Assembly (NCBI GenBank): GCA_965657355.1
Contig: CBFHOE010000016.1
Span: forward strand, 12,937 to 37,003
Reading direction: 5' to 3'
Origin: Limisphaerales bacterium
Lineage (GTDB): Bacteria; Verrucomicrobiota; Verrucomicrobiia; Limisphaerales; JAJOIW01
DNA: 24,067 nucleotides
Made by a program: the position numbers and the translations under genes. Under the pieces are notes generated by a model. That model worked only from the letters and a program-made list of their open reading frames with translations. It did no database searches and had not been told where the DNA came from. Below, piece by piece: positions 1 through 9,547 of this stretch (position 1 is its first letter; every line of letters starts with the position of its first letter).

Positions 1-49
1 CTGGGGTCTCACTCGAAAAAATAGATAGAATATACCGAAAATCCTAAGC

Positions 50-352
50 TTATTGAATGGCGTCAATAGTCTTAAGATAATCATAGCTATATAAACCAGT
101 GTTGTGACCATCACTAAAAATAAATCTTACTGCGTATTGGCCAACGAACTCGAAATTTTTCACAGTGACACCTGGATATTTACTTTGATTTGTCCCCCCA
201 TGTTTATTCCCAAGGATATCCGTTTCTCCTTGCGTTTCGGCACTTGGGGATAATGCTCTAAGTTTTTCCATCGAATAGAAGCTTTCGTGCCCGTCTCCCC
301 ACTTAATTGCCACTTGATTTCCTATCAAATCTATTTTTTTAACACCTTGCAT
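50..352 (-). CDS. DUF971 / gamma-butyrobetaine hydroxylase N-terminal-like domain protein
   Basis: 100 aa with family-typical IKWGDGHES..LRALSPSAE..VGQYAVRFIFSDGHNTGLYSYDYL. Confidence 0.85.
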   Translation of the reverse strand: MQGVKKIDLIGNQVAIKWGDGHESFYSMEKLRALSPSAETQGETDILGNKHGGTNQSKYPGVTVKNFEFVGQYAVRFIFSDGHNTGLYSYDYLKTIDAIQ

Positions 353-414
353 GCCTTAAAAGTGCCCTAAAGGTTAATAAATACAATCAAAGATCATAAG
401 TTCATCCGCGATTT

Positions 415-475
415 TGTGAATAACTTCTGAACAATGTGAACAATTATCCAATAGTCCCTAATTGATCGTGTATAA
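415..475. promoter_or_regulatory. Cluster of DnaA-box-like 9-mers upstream of nrdAB
   Basis: TGTGAATAA 415-423 (reverse complement TTATTCACA, perfect TTWTNCACA); TGTGAACAA 435-443 and CGTGTATAA 467-475 (1 mismatch each); weaker copies at 426-434 and 444-452. Confidence 0.5.
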
Positions 476-623
476 CCCCTCTAATAAGTCCAGTAATTCC
501 TACCAGCAATGTTTAATATCTCCGGTTTCCAATTTGTACTCGAAAATATGATTATGGCTCTCATTCACGAGTAGATTGCTCGAACAGTTTTAACAAATTT
601 TATTTTGACGGAACTAAAAAGGT

Positions 624-671
624 AGTCTACTTATTGTATCGGAAGGAAAACGACTACACTACATATAGTGG
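624..671. promoter_or_regulatory. Tandem NrdR boxes
   Basis: ACACTACATATAGTGG 656-671 matches acaCwAtATaTwGtg; degenerate AGTCTACTTATTGTAT 624-639 starts 32 bp earlier (canonical 31-32 bp spacing); upstream of nrdA; TTGACG -35-like hexamer at 605-610. Confidence 0.85.
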
Positions 672-961
672 TGGGGGTCTATTTGATCGCATTTTAACCT
701 ATTCGTAAGGATATCTTACTTATTAGAGATATTATTTTGCGTTAACGACACTCAAACAGAAAAAGGGAGAAAAAAATACTGACATTTCGGGCAGTGTTTT
801 GGATTATTTGTTAGTTCGTTTTGAAATCCGGCGTTCAGCAACATCAACTACAATTTAAAAAGTCTGGTTTACGGACATAAACGTATCGATTGCTGCTGTC
901 TTAAATTTGGACAATTAGGTTACACACAAGTTACAAAGTAAATTTCAGGTTAGTTTAGGTT

Positions 962-3832
962 ATGTTACAGGAAGGATTTGACGGTCAGTTGAAGATGCGG
1001 GAATTAGACCCGCTCGATGGACAAAAGTTTACGGTTAGGAAACGTGATGGACGCGTAGTTCCTTTCGACGAAAGTCGGATACTCTTAGCGATCGAAGCTG
1101 CTTTTCGAGCTAATGCTGGGATTGCAGATGATGTCAAGCTCGATGCGGAAACTTCATCTCTGGTCCAGAAAATCACTGAGGATGTCATTGAACATTGCAT
1201 CTCCAGGGCTCTCGAAGGGCATCTCCTGGAAATTGAATTGATCCAGGATTCGGTAGAGGAACACCTCATGCAGCTCGCTCCAACAGGTATCGCCCGTCGT
1301 TACATCATTTATCGCGAAGACCGAAGGAAGCAACGAGCCCTGAAGGGAACTCGCGATCAGGATGGCAGTTTCATAGACCAGATTTTCATCACCAAACAGG
1401 ATGGGAATTTAGAGCCACTCGATCCACAAAGAATCAGAAGACAATTCATAAAATCCGTTTATGGGTTCGAGAAAACGTGTGATTGGCAGAGGCTCTCAGA
1501 GCGCACACTCCGCGGATTGTATAACGGAGTCACAGTTGGCGAAATAGAGGATCTCATGATTCGGGAGGCTAGCGCGCAAATTGAGGTTGAACCTGATTAT
1601 GATTATGTAGCCGCACGTCTCCTACTCAATAAAATTTACAGAGAAGTCTTGGGCGCCCAACCTGTTGATTCAAACTTTTCCATTGTTTATAAAAATAAGT
1701 TTCCGGAATACATCCAAAACGGGGTGAAATTTGACCGTTTGGATCCTAAATTGTTGGAATTCGACATTGAAAAATTGACTCAGGCCATTAAGCGTGACCG
1801 AGACAACCAGTTCACAATCATTGGATTGCAGACACTATACGATCGTTATTTTATCCACGAAGAAAATATCCGGTTAGAAACACCTCAGTTCTTCTGGATG
1901 AGAGTAGCAATGGGATTAAGTTTAAATGAGGGCGACAACAAAAATGACAAAGCTATCGAGTTTTATGAAATGCTTTCAACGTTTAGATTTGTCTCGTCCA
2001 CACCAACGCTATTCAACTCTGGAACAAATCATCCTCAGCTAAGCTCGTGTTATTTATCCACTATAATGGATGATCTTTCGCACATCTTCAAAACAGTTTC
2101 AGATGATGCAAAACTTTCGAAATGGGCCGGCGGACTAGGTAATGATTGGACAAATGTTCGCGCTACAAATGCACGAATAAATGGGACCAATGGAACCAGT
2201 CAAGGTATTATTCCATTCCTTAAAGTTGCCAACGACACCGCTGTCGCTGTAAACCAAGGAGGTAAGAGAAGAGGAGCCATGTGCGCCTATTTAGAAACTT
2301 GGCACATGGATCTTAAGGACTTCCTGGAATTAAGAAAAAACACCGGGGATGAAAGACGAAGAACCCATGATATGAATACAGCTAACTGGATCCCTGATCT
2401 CTTCATGAAGAGGGTCAAGGAGAAGGGGATGTGGACATTTTTTGATCCAAGTGAGGTTCCTGATTTGCATGACCTATATGGCTCTGACTTCGAAAAAAGA
2501 TATGCCGAATATGAGCAAATGGCTCTCGATGGAAAGATTAATCTCTTCAAGCAGGTAGAAGCGGAATCAGTCTGGAGGAAGATGTTAATGATGGTTTATG
2601 AGACTGGTCATCCATGGTTGACTTTCAAAGATCCATCTAATGTCAGGTCATCACAAGATCACACTGGTGTTGTGCACAGTTCTAATCTTTGCACGGAAAT
2701 ATTACTCAATACGTCAGAGGATGAAACTGCCGTATGCAACCTTGGTTCCATCAACTTGCCAGCGCACATTGTCAACGGAGAGCTAGACTGTCAGATGTTG
2801 GAGGAGACAATCAACGTTGCTATGAGAATGTTGGACAATGTTGTTGATATTAATTTCTACCCCATCCCAGAGGCCAAAAACGCCAACCTAAGACACAGAC
2901 CTGTTGGCATGGGAATCATGGGATTCCAGGATGCACTTTTCAAAATGGGGATATCATATGCTAGCGACAAAGCTGTGGAGTTTGCTGACATGAGCATGGA
3001 ACATATCTCGTACTTTGCAATCCTAGCGTCTACAAACCTTGCCAAAGAAAGGGGACCTTATGATAGTTTTAAAGGATCCAAGTGGGACAGAGGATTATTG
3101 CCAATCGACACCATTGAACTTCTTGAAAAAGAAAGGGGTGGACATTTGTTAATGGACAAAACTCAAAGACTGGATTGGGACAAAGTCAGAGATGCCATCA
3201 AAGAAAACGGAATGAGAAATTCTAACACCATGGCGATTGCTCCAACTGCAACCATTTCCAATATCTGCGGAATCAGTCAGTCCATAGAACCTCTTTACAA
3301 AAACTTATTTGTTAAAACGAATCTTTCTGGTGACTTCATTACCATCAATAGATTTCTTACTGCTGAACTGAAGAAAAGAAATCTGTGGAATGAAGAGATA
3401 ATTGATGAATTGAAATATTTTGATGGTAGCATCACTGAGATTGAAAGCATTCCGGATGATATCAAGAAAATGTTTGTAACAGCATTCGAATTACATCCAA
3501 AATGGTTGATCCAGTGCGCTAGCCGTCGTCAGAAATGGATTGATATGGGGCAGTCCCTCAATCTCTATCTTGAGCGTCCGGATGGTGAAACTCTCAGTCA
3601 AATGTATCAAAAGGCGTGGGAATATGGGGTGAAAACGACCTACTATCTAAGAACGCAGGCTGCAAGTTCCGTTGAACACTCATCACGCAACGTTAATAAA
3701 GGTAACAAAATCAAACACAATTGGATGAAGTCCGATTCGGCTATGGAGCAGCGTGTGATGGAATCCTCACAAGGAGAGCCTACCCCAAAAGCTTGCAGTA
3801 TCGACAATCCAGATTGCGAGAGCTGTCAATAG
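962..3832 (+). CDS. nrdA: Class I ribonucleoside-diphosphate reductase alpha subunit (NrdAz-like) with two N-terminal ATP cones
   Basis: TPTLFNSG, QLSSCY, SNLCTEI (thiyl Cys), VCNLGSINL, APTATIS, KTTYYLRT, C-terminal CESCQ; ATP cones start at VRKRDGR and ITKQDGN. Confidence 0.98.
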   Translation: MLQEGFDGQLKMRELDPLDGQKFTVRKRDGRVVPFDESRILLAIEAAFRANAGIADDVKLDAETSSLVQKITEDVIEHCISRALEGHLLEIELIQDSVEEHLMQLAPTGIARRYIIYREDRRKQRALKGTRDQDGSFIDQIFITKQDGNLEPLDPQRIRRQFIKSVYGFEKTCDWQRLSERTLRGLYNGVTVGEIEDLMIREASAQIEVEPDYDYVAARLLLNKIYREVLGAQPVDSNFSIVYKNKFPEYIQNGVKFDRLDPKLLEFDIEKLTQAIKRDRDNQFTIIGLQTLYDRYFIHEENIRLETPQFFWMRVAMGLSLNEGDNKNDKAIEFYEMLSTFRFVSSTPTLFNSGTNHPQLSSCYLSTIMDDLSHIFKTVSDDAKLSKWAGGLGNDWTNVRATNARINGTNGTSQGIIPFLKVANDTAVAVNQGGKRRGAMCAYLETWHMDLKDFLELRKNTGDERRRTHDMNTANWIPDLFMKRVKEKGMWTFFDPSEVPDLHDLYGSDFEKRYAEYEQMALDGKINLFKQVEAESVWRKMLMMVYETGHPWLTFKDPSNVRSSQDHTGVVHSSNLCTEILLNTSEDETAVCNLGSINLPAHIVNGELDCQMLEETINVAMRMLDNVVDINFYPIPEAKNANLRHRPVGMGIMGFQDALFKMGISYASDKAVEFADMSMEHISYFAILASTNLAKERGPYDSFKGSKWDRGLLPIDTIELLEKERGGHLLMDKTQRLDWDKVRDAIKENGMRNSNTMAIAPTATISNICGISQSIEPLYKNLFVKTNLSGDFITINRFLTAELKKRNLWNEEIIDELKYFDGSITEIESIPDDIKKMFVTAFELHPKWLIQCASRRQKWIDMGQSLNLYLERPDGETLSQMYQKAWEYGVKTTYYLRTQAASSVEHSSRNVNKGNKIKHNWMKSDSAMEQRVMESSQGEPTPKACSIDNPDCESCQ

Positions 3833-3921
3833 ACACAAATACTGCCCATCGGCTGGTTTGAAACTACAAATTTTTATCATTTAACAAACTCATAAACTTA
3901 ACAAATAGGAAAAATCTTAAA

Positions 3922-5127
3922 ATGTCATGCTGTAACGTAGGGGATGAACGTCCCAATTTTCACGATCTCTCAAAGAGAATAGACGCCAAGGATAAGCGCC
4001 TTATCAATTGTGCGGCGGTTGATGTCAATCAACTCATGCCATTGAAATACCACTGGGCTTGGGAATTTTATCTAGCTGGTTGCGCAAACAACTGGATGCC
4101 TACAGAGGTTTCCATGCAGAAGGACATTGAAATATGGAAATCTAACAAACTAACTGAAGGAGAACGCCATGTGATAATGAGAAACTTGGGATTCTTTTCA
4201 ACTGCTGAAAGTTTGGTTGGAAATAACATCGTCCTAGCTATTTTCAAACACGTCACTAATCCCGAAGCTCGACAATACCTTCTCCGTCAGGCATTTGAGG
4301 AGGCCGTTCATACTCATACCTTTCATTACATCGTTGAATCTCTTGGTCTCGACGAACGAGCTGTCTTCAATATGTATCATGAAGTCAATTCAATTCATGA
4401 CAAAGATGCATTCGAGATGAGTTTGACTGCGGATATCATGGACCCGAACTTCTCGACAGAGACTGACGAAGGTATAAAAAAATTCATCAAGAATTTGGTT
4501 GGCTTCTATGTCATAATGGAGGGAATATTTTTCTACAGCGGTTTTGTCATGATTCTTTCATTCAAAAACCGAAATCTTATGACCGGTATCGGAGAACAGT
4601 TTGAGTATATCCTAAGAGATGAATCAATACATCTAAGTTTTGGAATTGAACTGATCAACTCCATCATCAACGAAAATAAGCACTTATGGACTGACGACTT
4701 CAAACAAGAAATTCTTGATATGGTCGAACAAGCCGTTGAACTTGAAATTGGCTATGCGCAAGACTGTTTGCCTGACGGGATTATTGGCCTCAATGTTGGT
4801 ATGTTCCGTGATTATGTTCAATATATTGCAGATAGAAGACTCACTCGCCTCGGGCTCGGCACAAAGTATGGATCCGAAACCCCATTCCCATGGATGTCTA
4901 AAGTTATGGATTTGAAAAAGGAGAAAAACTTCTTCGAATCCAGAGTTACTGAATATCAGCCACTAGGATTTAATGACGGAGAAAGCAAAAAACCGTCTGA
5001 TGAATCTTCCAATGAGTTCGATACCTCCCAGAATGATGAAGGCAGTTCTAGCTTCGATGATCAGCAGAAAGAGTCTTCGGAAAATACCCAGCTTTTCGCT
5101 GCGTCGAACTCCGACTCGGATTGGTAG
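3922..5127 (+). CDS. nrdB: Ribonucleotide reductase beta subunit, class Ic (R2c, Mn/Fe) signature, with acidic C-terminal extension
   Basis: [56 protein letters not shown]. Confidence 0.96.
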   Translation: MSCCNVGDERPNFHDLSKRIDAKDKRLINCAAVDVNQLMPLKYHWAWEFYLAGCANNWMPTEVSMQKDIEIWKSNKLTEGERHVIMRNLGFFSTAESLVGNNIVLAIFKHVTNPEARQYLLRQAFEEAVHTHTFHYIVESLGLDERAVFNMYHEVNSIHDKDAFEMSLTADIMDPNFSTETDEGIKKFIKNLVGFYVIMEGIFFYSGFVMILSFKNRNLMTGIGEQFEYILRDESIHLSFGIELINSIINENKHLWTDDFKQEILDMVEQAVELEIGYAQDCLPDGIIGLNVGMFRDYVQYIADRRLTRLGLGTKYGSETPFPWMSKVMDLKKEKNFFESRVTEYQPLGFNDGESKKPSDESSNEFDTSQNDEGSSSFDDQQKESSENTQLFAASNSDSDW

Positions 5128-5200
5128 GACATTTATTACAATACAATTTCACCAATGTAATTTCTAACTCAACCAACAACTAGTGTTTCATTGTGTGTGT

Positions 5201-5234
5201 AAGGGCCTCGGATTTTCCGGGGCCCTTTTTGTTT
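5201..5234 (+). terminator. Rho-independent terminator of nrdAB
   Basis: AAGGGCCTCGGA-TTT-TCCGGGGCCCTT hairpin (one G-U pair) running into a T tract, about 75 nt after the nrdB stop. Confidence 0.9.
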
Positions 5235-5301
5235 AATGGGTTAAATTGCGTAAGTATTAAATCGAGTGACGACCAGCAAAGATGTGGTTAAAAATAAAGC
5301 G

Positions 5302-6159
5302 ATGACAGGTAAACCATATTCATTGGCTTTAAATTTTATTTTCTCTCTATTAAGCGTGGCTCTGTTTCAGTCTCTTTTTGCGGCTGAAGATTCAGGTTAT
5401 CAATTGATTAAAGATATACCGTATTATGATGAAAGGTCACGGGAAGACGATGCCTACAAAAATGAAAGGTGTTATCTGGACTTATATTTACCCAAGATAA
5501 AGAACAAATACACCACGGTTGTATGGTTTCATGGCGGAGGGCTCAGAGGAGGTAGAAAATCGATTCCAGAATCACTAAAAGAAAAAAAGATTGCCGTTGT
5601 TGCTGTGAATTATCGGCTGTTTCCGAAAGTTAAGAGTCCCGCCTATATTGAAGATGCGGCTGCTGCTGTAGCCTGGGTCTTTCAAAATATTGACAGGTAC
5701 GGAGGGGATGCAAATAAAATTGTCGTTTCAGGTCATTCTGCTGGAGGGTATCTCACAAGCATGGTCGGACTGGACAAAAGATGGCTAGCTAAACACAACA
5801 TCGATGCCAATGATATTTTTGGGCTTGTTCCCTTTAGTGGCCACACGATTACCCATTTTACAGTAAGAGAAGAAAAAGGTATTCCAAAAGAAAGACCTTT
5901 GCTGGACGATTTTGCCCCACTTTACCATGTGAGGCATGATTCGAGTCCTCTTGTCCTCATTACAGGAGACAGAAATTTAGAGTTGTTAGGGCGGTATGAA
6001 GAAAATGCTTATATGATGAGGATGATGAAAGTTGCAGGACACAATGAAACTTCTCTTTACGAAATCCAGGGATATAATCACGGTAAAATGGTTAGACCTG
6101 CATTCCCTATTCTCATCGATTATATAAGAAAATGGGAGAAGGCCGTACTCCGGGAATAA
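5302..6159 (+). CDS. Alpha/beta hydrolase, HSL-like esterase/lipase, probably exported
   Basis: HGGG oxyanion motif, GHSAG nucleophile, NYRL, late His (YNHG); N-terminal hydrophobic signal ending SLFA-A. Start ATG 5302 preferred; GTG 5266 possible. Confidence 0.88.
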   Translation: MTGKPYSLALNFIFSLLSVALFQSLFAAEDSGYQLIKDIPYYDERSREDDAYKNERCYLDLYLPKIKNKYTTVVWFHGGGLRGGRKSIPESLKEKKIAVVAVNYRLFPKVKSPAYIEDAAAAVAWVFQNIDRYGGDANKIVVSGHSAGGYLTSMVGLDKRWLAKHNIDANDIFGLVPFSGHTITHFTVREEKGIPKERPLLDDFAPLYHVRHDSSPLVLITGDRNLELLGRYEENAYMMRMMKVAGHNETSLYEIQGYNHGKMVRPAFPILIDYIRKWEKAVLRE

Positions 6160-6215
6160 AGCTAGATTATTTCACTGTGCCAAACCTAATCGACTGTGAT
6201 AGGATATTATATTGT

Positions 6216-6785
6216 ATGGGAATTCATTCTGATCAGTGGATACGTAAGATGTCCAAAGAACATGGTATGATCGAACCTTTCGAGGAAAACCAAATTCGAC
6301 AAGCAGAAGATGGTAGCAAAGTCATAAGCTACGGGGTCTCAAGCTACGGCTACGATTTAAGGGTGAGCGATCATTTCAAGGTATTTACTAATGTGCACAA
6401 TACGGTTGTCGACCCTAAAGGTTTCGATGATCGTTCATTTGTAGATATCACAACAGACGTTTGTATTATCCCTCCGAATTCATTTGCACTAGCCCGAAGC
6501 GTAGAATATTTCAGGATACCCCGAAGTGTGCTTACTGTGTGTTTAGGGAAATCAACTTATGCAAGATGCGGTATCATAGTGAACGTCACTCCTTTTGAGC
6601 CCGAGTGGGAAGGGCAGGTGACTTTAGAAATTTCTAATACGACACCTCTTCCTGCACGGATTTATGCTAATGAAGGACTGGCTCAAGTCCTCTTCTTCGC
6701 AGCAGAGGAAATTTGTGAAACATCCTACAAAGACAGAAGTGGGAAATATATGGGGCAAGAGGGTATTACTATCCCTCGACTCTAA
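6216..6785 (+). CDS. dcd: dCTP deaminase
   Basis: [59 protein letters not shown]; start at [10 protein letters not shown] (ATG 6216). Confidence 0.97.
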   Translation: MGIHSDQWIRKMSKEHGMIEPFEENQIRQAEDGSKVISYGVSSYGYDLRVSDHFKVFTNVHNTVVDPKGFDDRSFVDITTDVCIIPPNSFALARSVEYFRIPRSVLTVCLGKSTYARCGIIVNVTPFEPEWEGQVTLEISNTTPLPARIYANEGLAQVLFFAAEEICETSYKDRSGKYMGQEGITIPRL

Positions 6786-6849
6786 AATTTAAATATAACC
6801 GGACTAACTCCAGTCCCAAATTTCTCGGAAAATAATAAGCCCTACATGT

Positions 6850-7704
6850 ATGCACTGCCCCTCTTGTAAAAGTCGGAACCTAATCACTGAGCCGGTTTTA
6901 AAATGTAATGATTGTTCTTATGAATTCGTATTAAATCCGAGCCTTAGCTTGCTATGGTCGGATTCGTCTATCCACGATTTAGCCGAAAATACTAAAGAAT
7001 CGGGGACATCTCGATACACGCTTGAAGGATTGCTCTTTCAGGCAATGAAAGAAAACCGAAAATCAAGGGCGACAAATAGAATTTTCTTAATTATTAGTCT
7101 GGTTTTGGTTCTTTTTTCGTCGGATTGGTTTTCTTGGGGCTTTATTCCACTGTGGTTGACTTTGATTCTCAGTTTTGGTCCCTTCACTTTTTGGGCCATG
7201 GAAAATACCAAGTTGAATAAAATAACTAAATTTACTGATCTTAGAAAGGCAATGGAATTATGGGTTTTATCAAAAAATTCATTACCTGGATTTCTAACGG
7301 GTAGTGAGAATTCTGTTTTGGAAACTTTGAAGCAGGAAGAATTCCGTCAGTCTGCTATTATTGTTAAAGACAAACTCACCCAGCAATGGCTCATAGAAAA
7401 TGGATTATCAGGTGTTATAGAGGCCGACATAATTTCACTGGAGGATTTTAATGTAGATTCATTGAAGAATGACAGTGAGACAAAAATCTTTTTGCTTGAA
7501 AAAGGGGTTTCTGAAGAAATTAAAAACCATAACGCCAAATTCATCGGGTTATCTGAGAGCAGTAAAAAGTTCTTGGTTCAAAAATTTAGCTGGGAGGAAA
7601 AAGAATTTCCCATTCATGCACTGCCTTATAAATTAGTTGAGGATAAATTGCTCAACTCCTTCCAGTCAGGTAAAGAATTTCATATCTCAACAAGTGAGAT
7701 TTAG
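6850..7704 (+). CDS. Hypothetical membrane protein with N-terminal Zn-ribbon
   Basis: 284-aa ORF, CPSC-x12-CNDC at the N-terminus, two hydrophobic segments at about residues 78-116. Confidence 0.7.
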   Translation: MHCPSCKSRNLITEPVLKCNDCSYEFVLNPSLSLLWSDSSIHDLAENTKESGTSRYTLEGLLFQAMKENRKSRATNRIFLIISLVLVLFSSDWFSWGFIPLWLTLILSFGPFTFWAMENTKLNKITKFTDLRKAMELWVLSKNSLPGFLTGSENSVLETLKQEEFRQSAIIVKDKLTQQWLIENGLSGVIEADIISLEDFNVDSLKNDSETKIFLLEKGVSEEIKNHNAKFIGLSESSKKFLVQKFSWEEKEFPIHALPYKLVEDKLLNSFQSGKEFHISTSEI

Positions 7705-7719
7705 GATTGGTTTCCATAT

Positions 7720-8427
7720 CTATGCCTCTTTTATAAAATCAAGAAAGACTTCATTCTTGTTGCTATCTATTTTGGTGAGGTAAAATGCTTTAGCAGAGTT
7801 TAGCTTGGATACGCCGAGTCCATCACAAATTGTGGGAGCCTTTTGCCCGCCCACTATGATCGGTGTGATAGTTAAATATAACTCGCTCGCCCATCCTTGA
7901 GAAATAATTTCATCATTGAGCGTTCCTCCACCTTCACAGGCGATAGTTTTGATACCCCACTCTGAACTCAGATAATGGAATGTGTTTTCCCAATCTATAA
8001 ATTTTTCTCCGCAAACCTTCACGTAGGGTGTCAGTGTCTTTAAAGTCTCTAGCTTATTAGGAGGACACTTCTGTGTAGTTAGAATGATTATTGGTGAGAA
8101 TTTGTGTTTGAACACTTCTGCATCAGGATTCACATTCCCAGATCCTGAGACAATTATTCTAATGTTAAATTCCTGGAGCCCTCTCTCGGTTCTTAGTTTT
8201 TGGTAGTATTCCCCACCCGGCCCAAGGTCATAAGATGCCGTGTTAATTGTGTTGCTTCCAGACATGACAGCATCTGCAGTCGCCCTGAGATTTAATAATC
8301 TTTTTTCATCTTCACTGCTACCGAATGTTTGAATCTTTCTATTAGAAGTCGCTATTTTAGCGTCAGCTGACATTGCCATAACAATAAATACTTTTGGTTT
8401 CTGCATGCTCATCGGTAGACGTTTCAA
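7720..8427 (-). CDS. Stand-alone RibD C-terminal (DHFR-fold) reductase
   Basis: MAMSADAKI, LRATADAVMSGSNT, CEGGGTLN, ELYLTITPIIVGGQKAPT; no deaminase domain. Start may be ATG 8412 or 8406. Confidence 0.85.
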   Translation of the reverse strand: MKRLPMSMQKPKVFIVMAMSADAKIATSNRKIQTFGSSEDEKRLLNLRATADAVMSGSNTINTASYDLGPGGEYYQKLRTERGLQEFNIRIIVSGSGNVNPDAEVFKHKFSPIIILTTQKCPPNKLETLKTLTPYVKVCGEKFIDWENTFHYLSSEWGIKTIACEGGGTLNDEIISQGWASELYLTITPIIVGGQKAPTICDGLGVSKLNSAKAFYLTKIDSNKNEVFLDFIKEA

Positions 8428-8434
8428 AATTTAT

Positions 8435-9547
8435 TCAAATAATTATCATTGCGTCCCCATAACTGAAGAAGTGGTATTTCTTATCGATAGCTTCTTGATA
8501 ATGCTTTTTCATTTTATTGATGCCACTTTTCTCGCCGGGGGAAATGAAAGCGCTTACCAACATGAGTAAAGTGGATTGAGGTAAGTGAAAATTAGTGATT
8601 AATCCTGATACAACCTGAAAGTTATATGGGGGATAAACATATAATTGAGTTGAGGACCGCTCTGGACAGAACTTTAAGTGGTGGTCCTCTTTTTTTACTG
8701 CGCTTTCGAGAACTCTCAGGCTTGTAGTCCCCACAGCAATTATTCTTTTTTTGCTATTTAAGGCTTTGGTAAGAGCCAGCGCTGCGGACTCTGTTATCTC
8801 ATAAGTCTCTTTGTGTATGATATGTTCCTCTATTGATGCTGTTTTGACTGGTGCGAATGTCCCTGCGCCTACATGAAGTGTCACATAGACAATTTCCACA
8901 CCTTTTCTTTTTATTTTTTCGAGAAGTTCAGATGTCCAATGTAGTCCTGCGGTGGGCGCCGCAACTGAACCTCGTCGCTTGGCATAAACAGTTTGGTAGA
9001 CTTTCGGATCTTCCTTGGGATCCCATTCTCGATCAATATATGGAGGTAGTGGAGTCTCCCCAATCGGCTTTGCCTCTAAAATGTCGAGTAAGTTGACTTT
9101 TTCCGAATTTTTTACTTCTCCTCCCGAATTGTAGAATTTTAGAAGTGCATGGCCTTCTGCATTCTTATCGACCACTTTTCCCACAATTCCCGAGTGAGTG
9201 CCATGAGTTGTTATTATTTGTATTTCAACACCGATCGGACATCGCTTGCCCGGTCGAATCATAGACCACCAAGTGCTTGGGTCCTTTTCCTCGATAAGCA
9301 GTATCTCAATTTTGGCGCCACCACCACCGGCTTTTTCCCCGCGAAGTCGGGCCGGTATGACCTTGGAATTATTAAGAACAATAATATCCCCAGGATTTAA
9401 ATATTCGATTACTTCCCTGAATTTCTTGTCTTCCGCCTCACCCTTTTTCCGGTCGATGACCATCAACCTTGATTCATCTCGTGCTCGCTTTGGATGCTGG
9501 GCAATCAATTCGTTTGGAAGACGATAGTCAAATGTCTCCGTCCTCAT
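8435..9547 (-). CDS. queA: S-adenosylmethionine:tRNA ribosyltransferase-isomerase
   Basis: FDYRLPNELIAQHP, PLPPYI, YQTVYA, GSVAAPTAGLH, TLHVGAGTF, VGTTSLR, TNFHLPQSTL, FSYGDAM. Confidence 0.98.
   Translation of the reverse strand: MRTETFDYRLPNELIAQHPKRARDESRLMVIDRKKGEAEDKKFREVIEYLNPGDIIVLNNSKVIPARLRGEKAGGGGAKIEILLIEEKDPSTWWSMIRPGKRCPIGVEIQIITTHGTHSGIVGKVVDKNAEGHALLKFYNSGGEVKNSEKVNLLDILEAKPIGETPLPPYIDREWDPKEDPKVYQTVYAKRRGSVAAPTAGLHWTSELLEKIKRKGVEIVYVTLHVGAGTFAPVKTASIEEHIIHKETYEITESAALALTKALNSKKRIIAVGTTSLRVLESAVKKEDHHLKFCPERSSTQLYVYPPYNFQVVSGLITNFHLPQSTLLMLVSAFISPGEKSGINKMKKHYQEAIDKKYHFFSYGDAMIII

Noticed and set aside
1..47. Possible 3' end of a convergent + strand gene (frame 3, GVSLEKIDRIYRKS*)
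   Set aside because: Too short to support or assign
672..961. Cobalamin riboswitch before nrdA
   Set aside because: No B12-box or GCCACTG core recognisable
962..5127. Intein or intron in the RNR genes
   Set aside because: Continuous ORFs with normal motif spacing; extra length is explained by the ATP cones and the tail
985..5167. Short antisense or off-frame ORFs inside nrdAB (985-1269, 2287-2550, 2857-3045, 4068-4256, 4715-4915, 4973-5167)
   Set aside because: Shadows of strongly conserved genes with no recognisable motifs
6132..6215. N-terminal extension of dcd (and similarly ddl from 21183)
   Set aside because: Longest-ORF artefacts overlapping upstream genes; family similarity begins at ATG 6216 and ATG 21264
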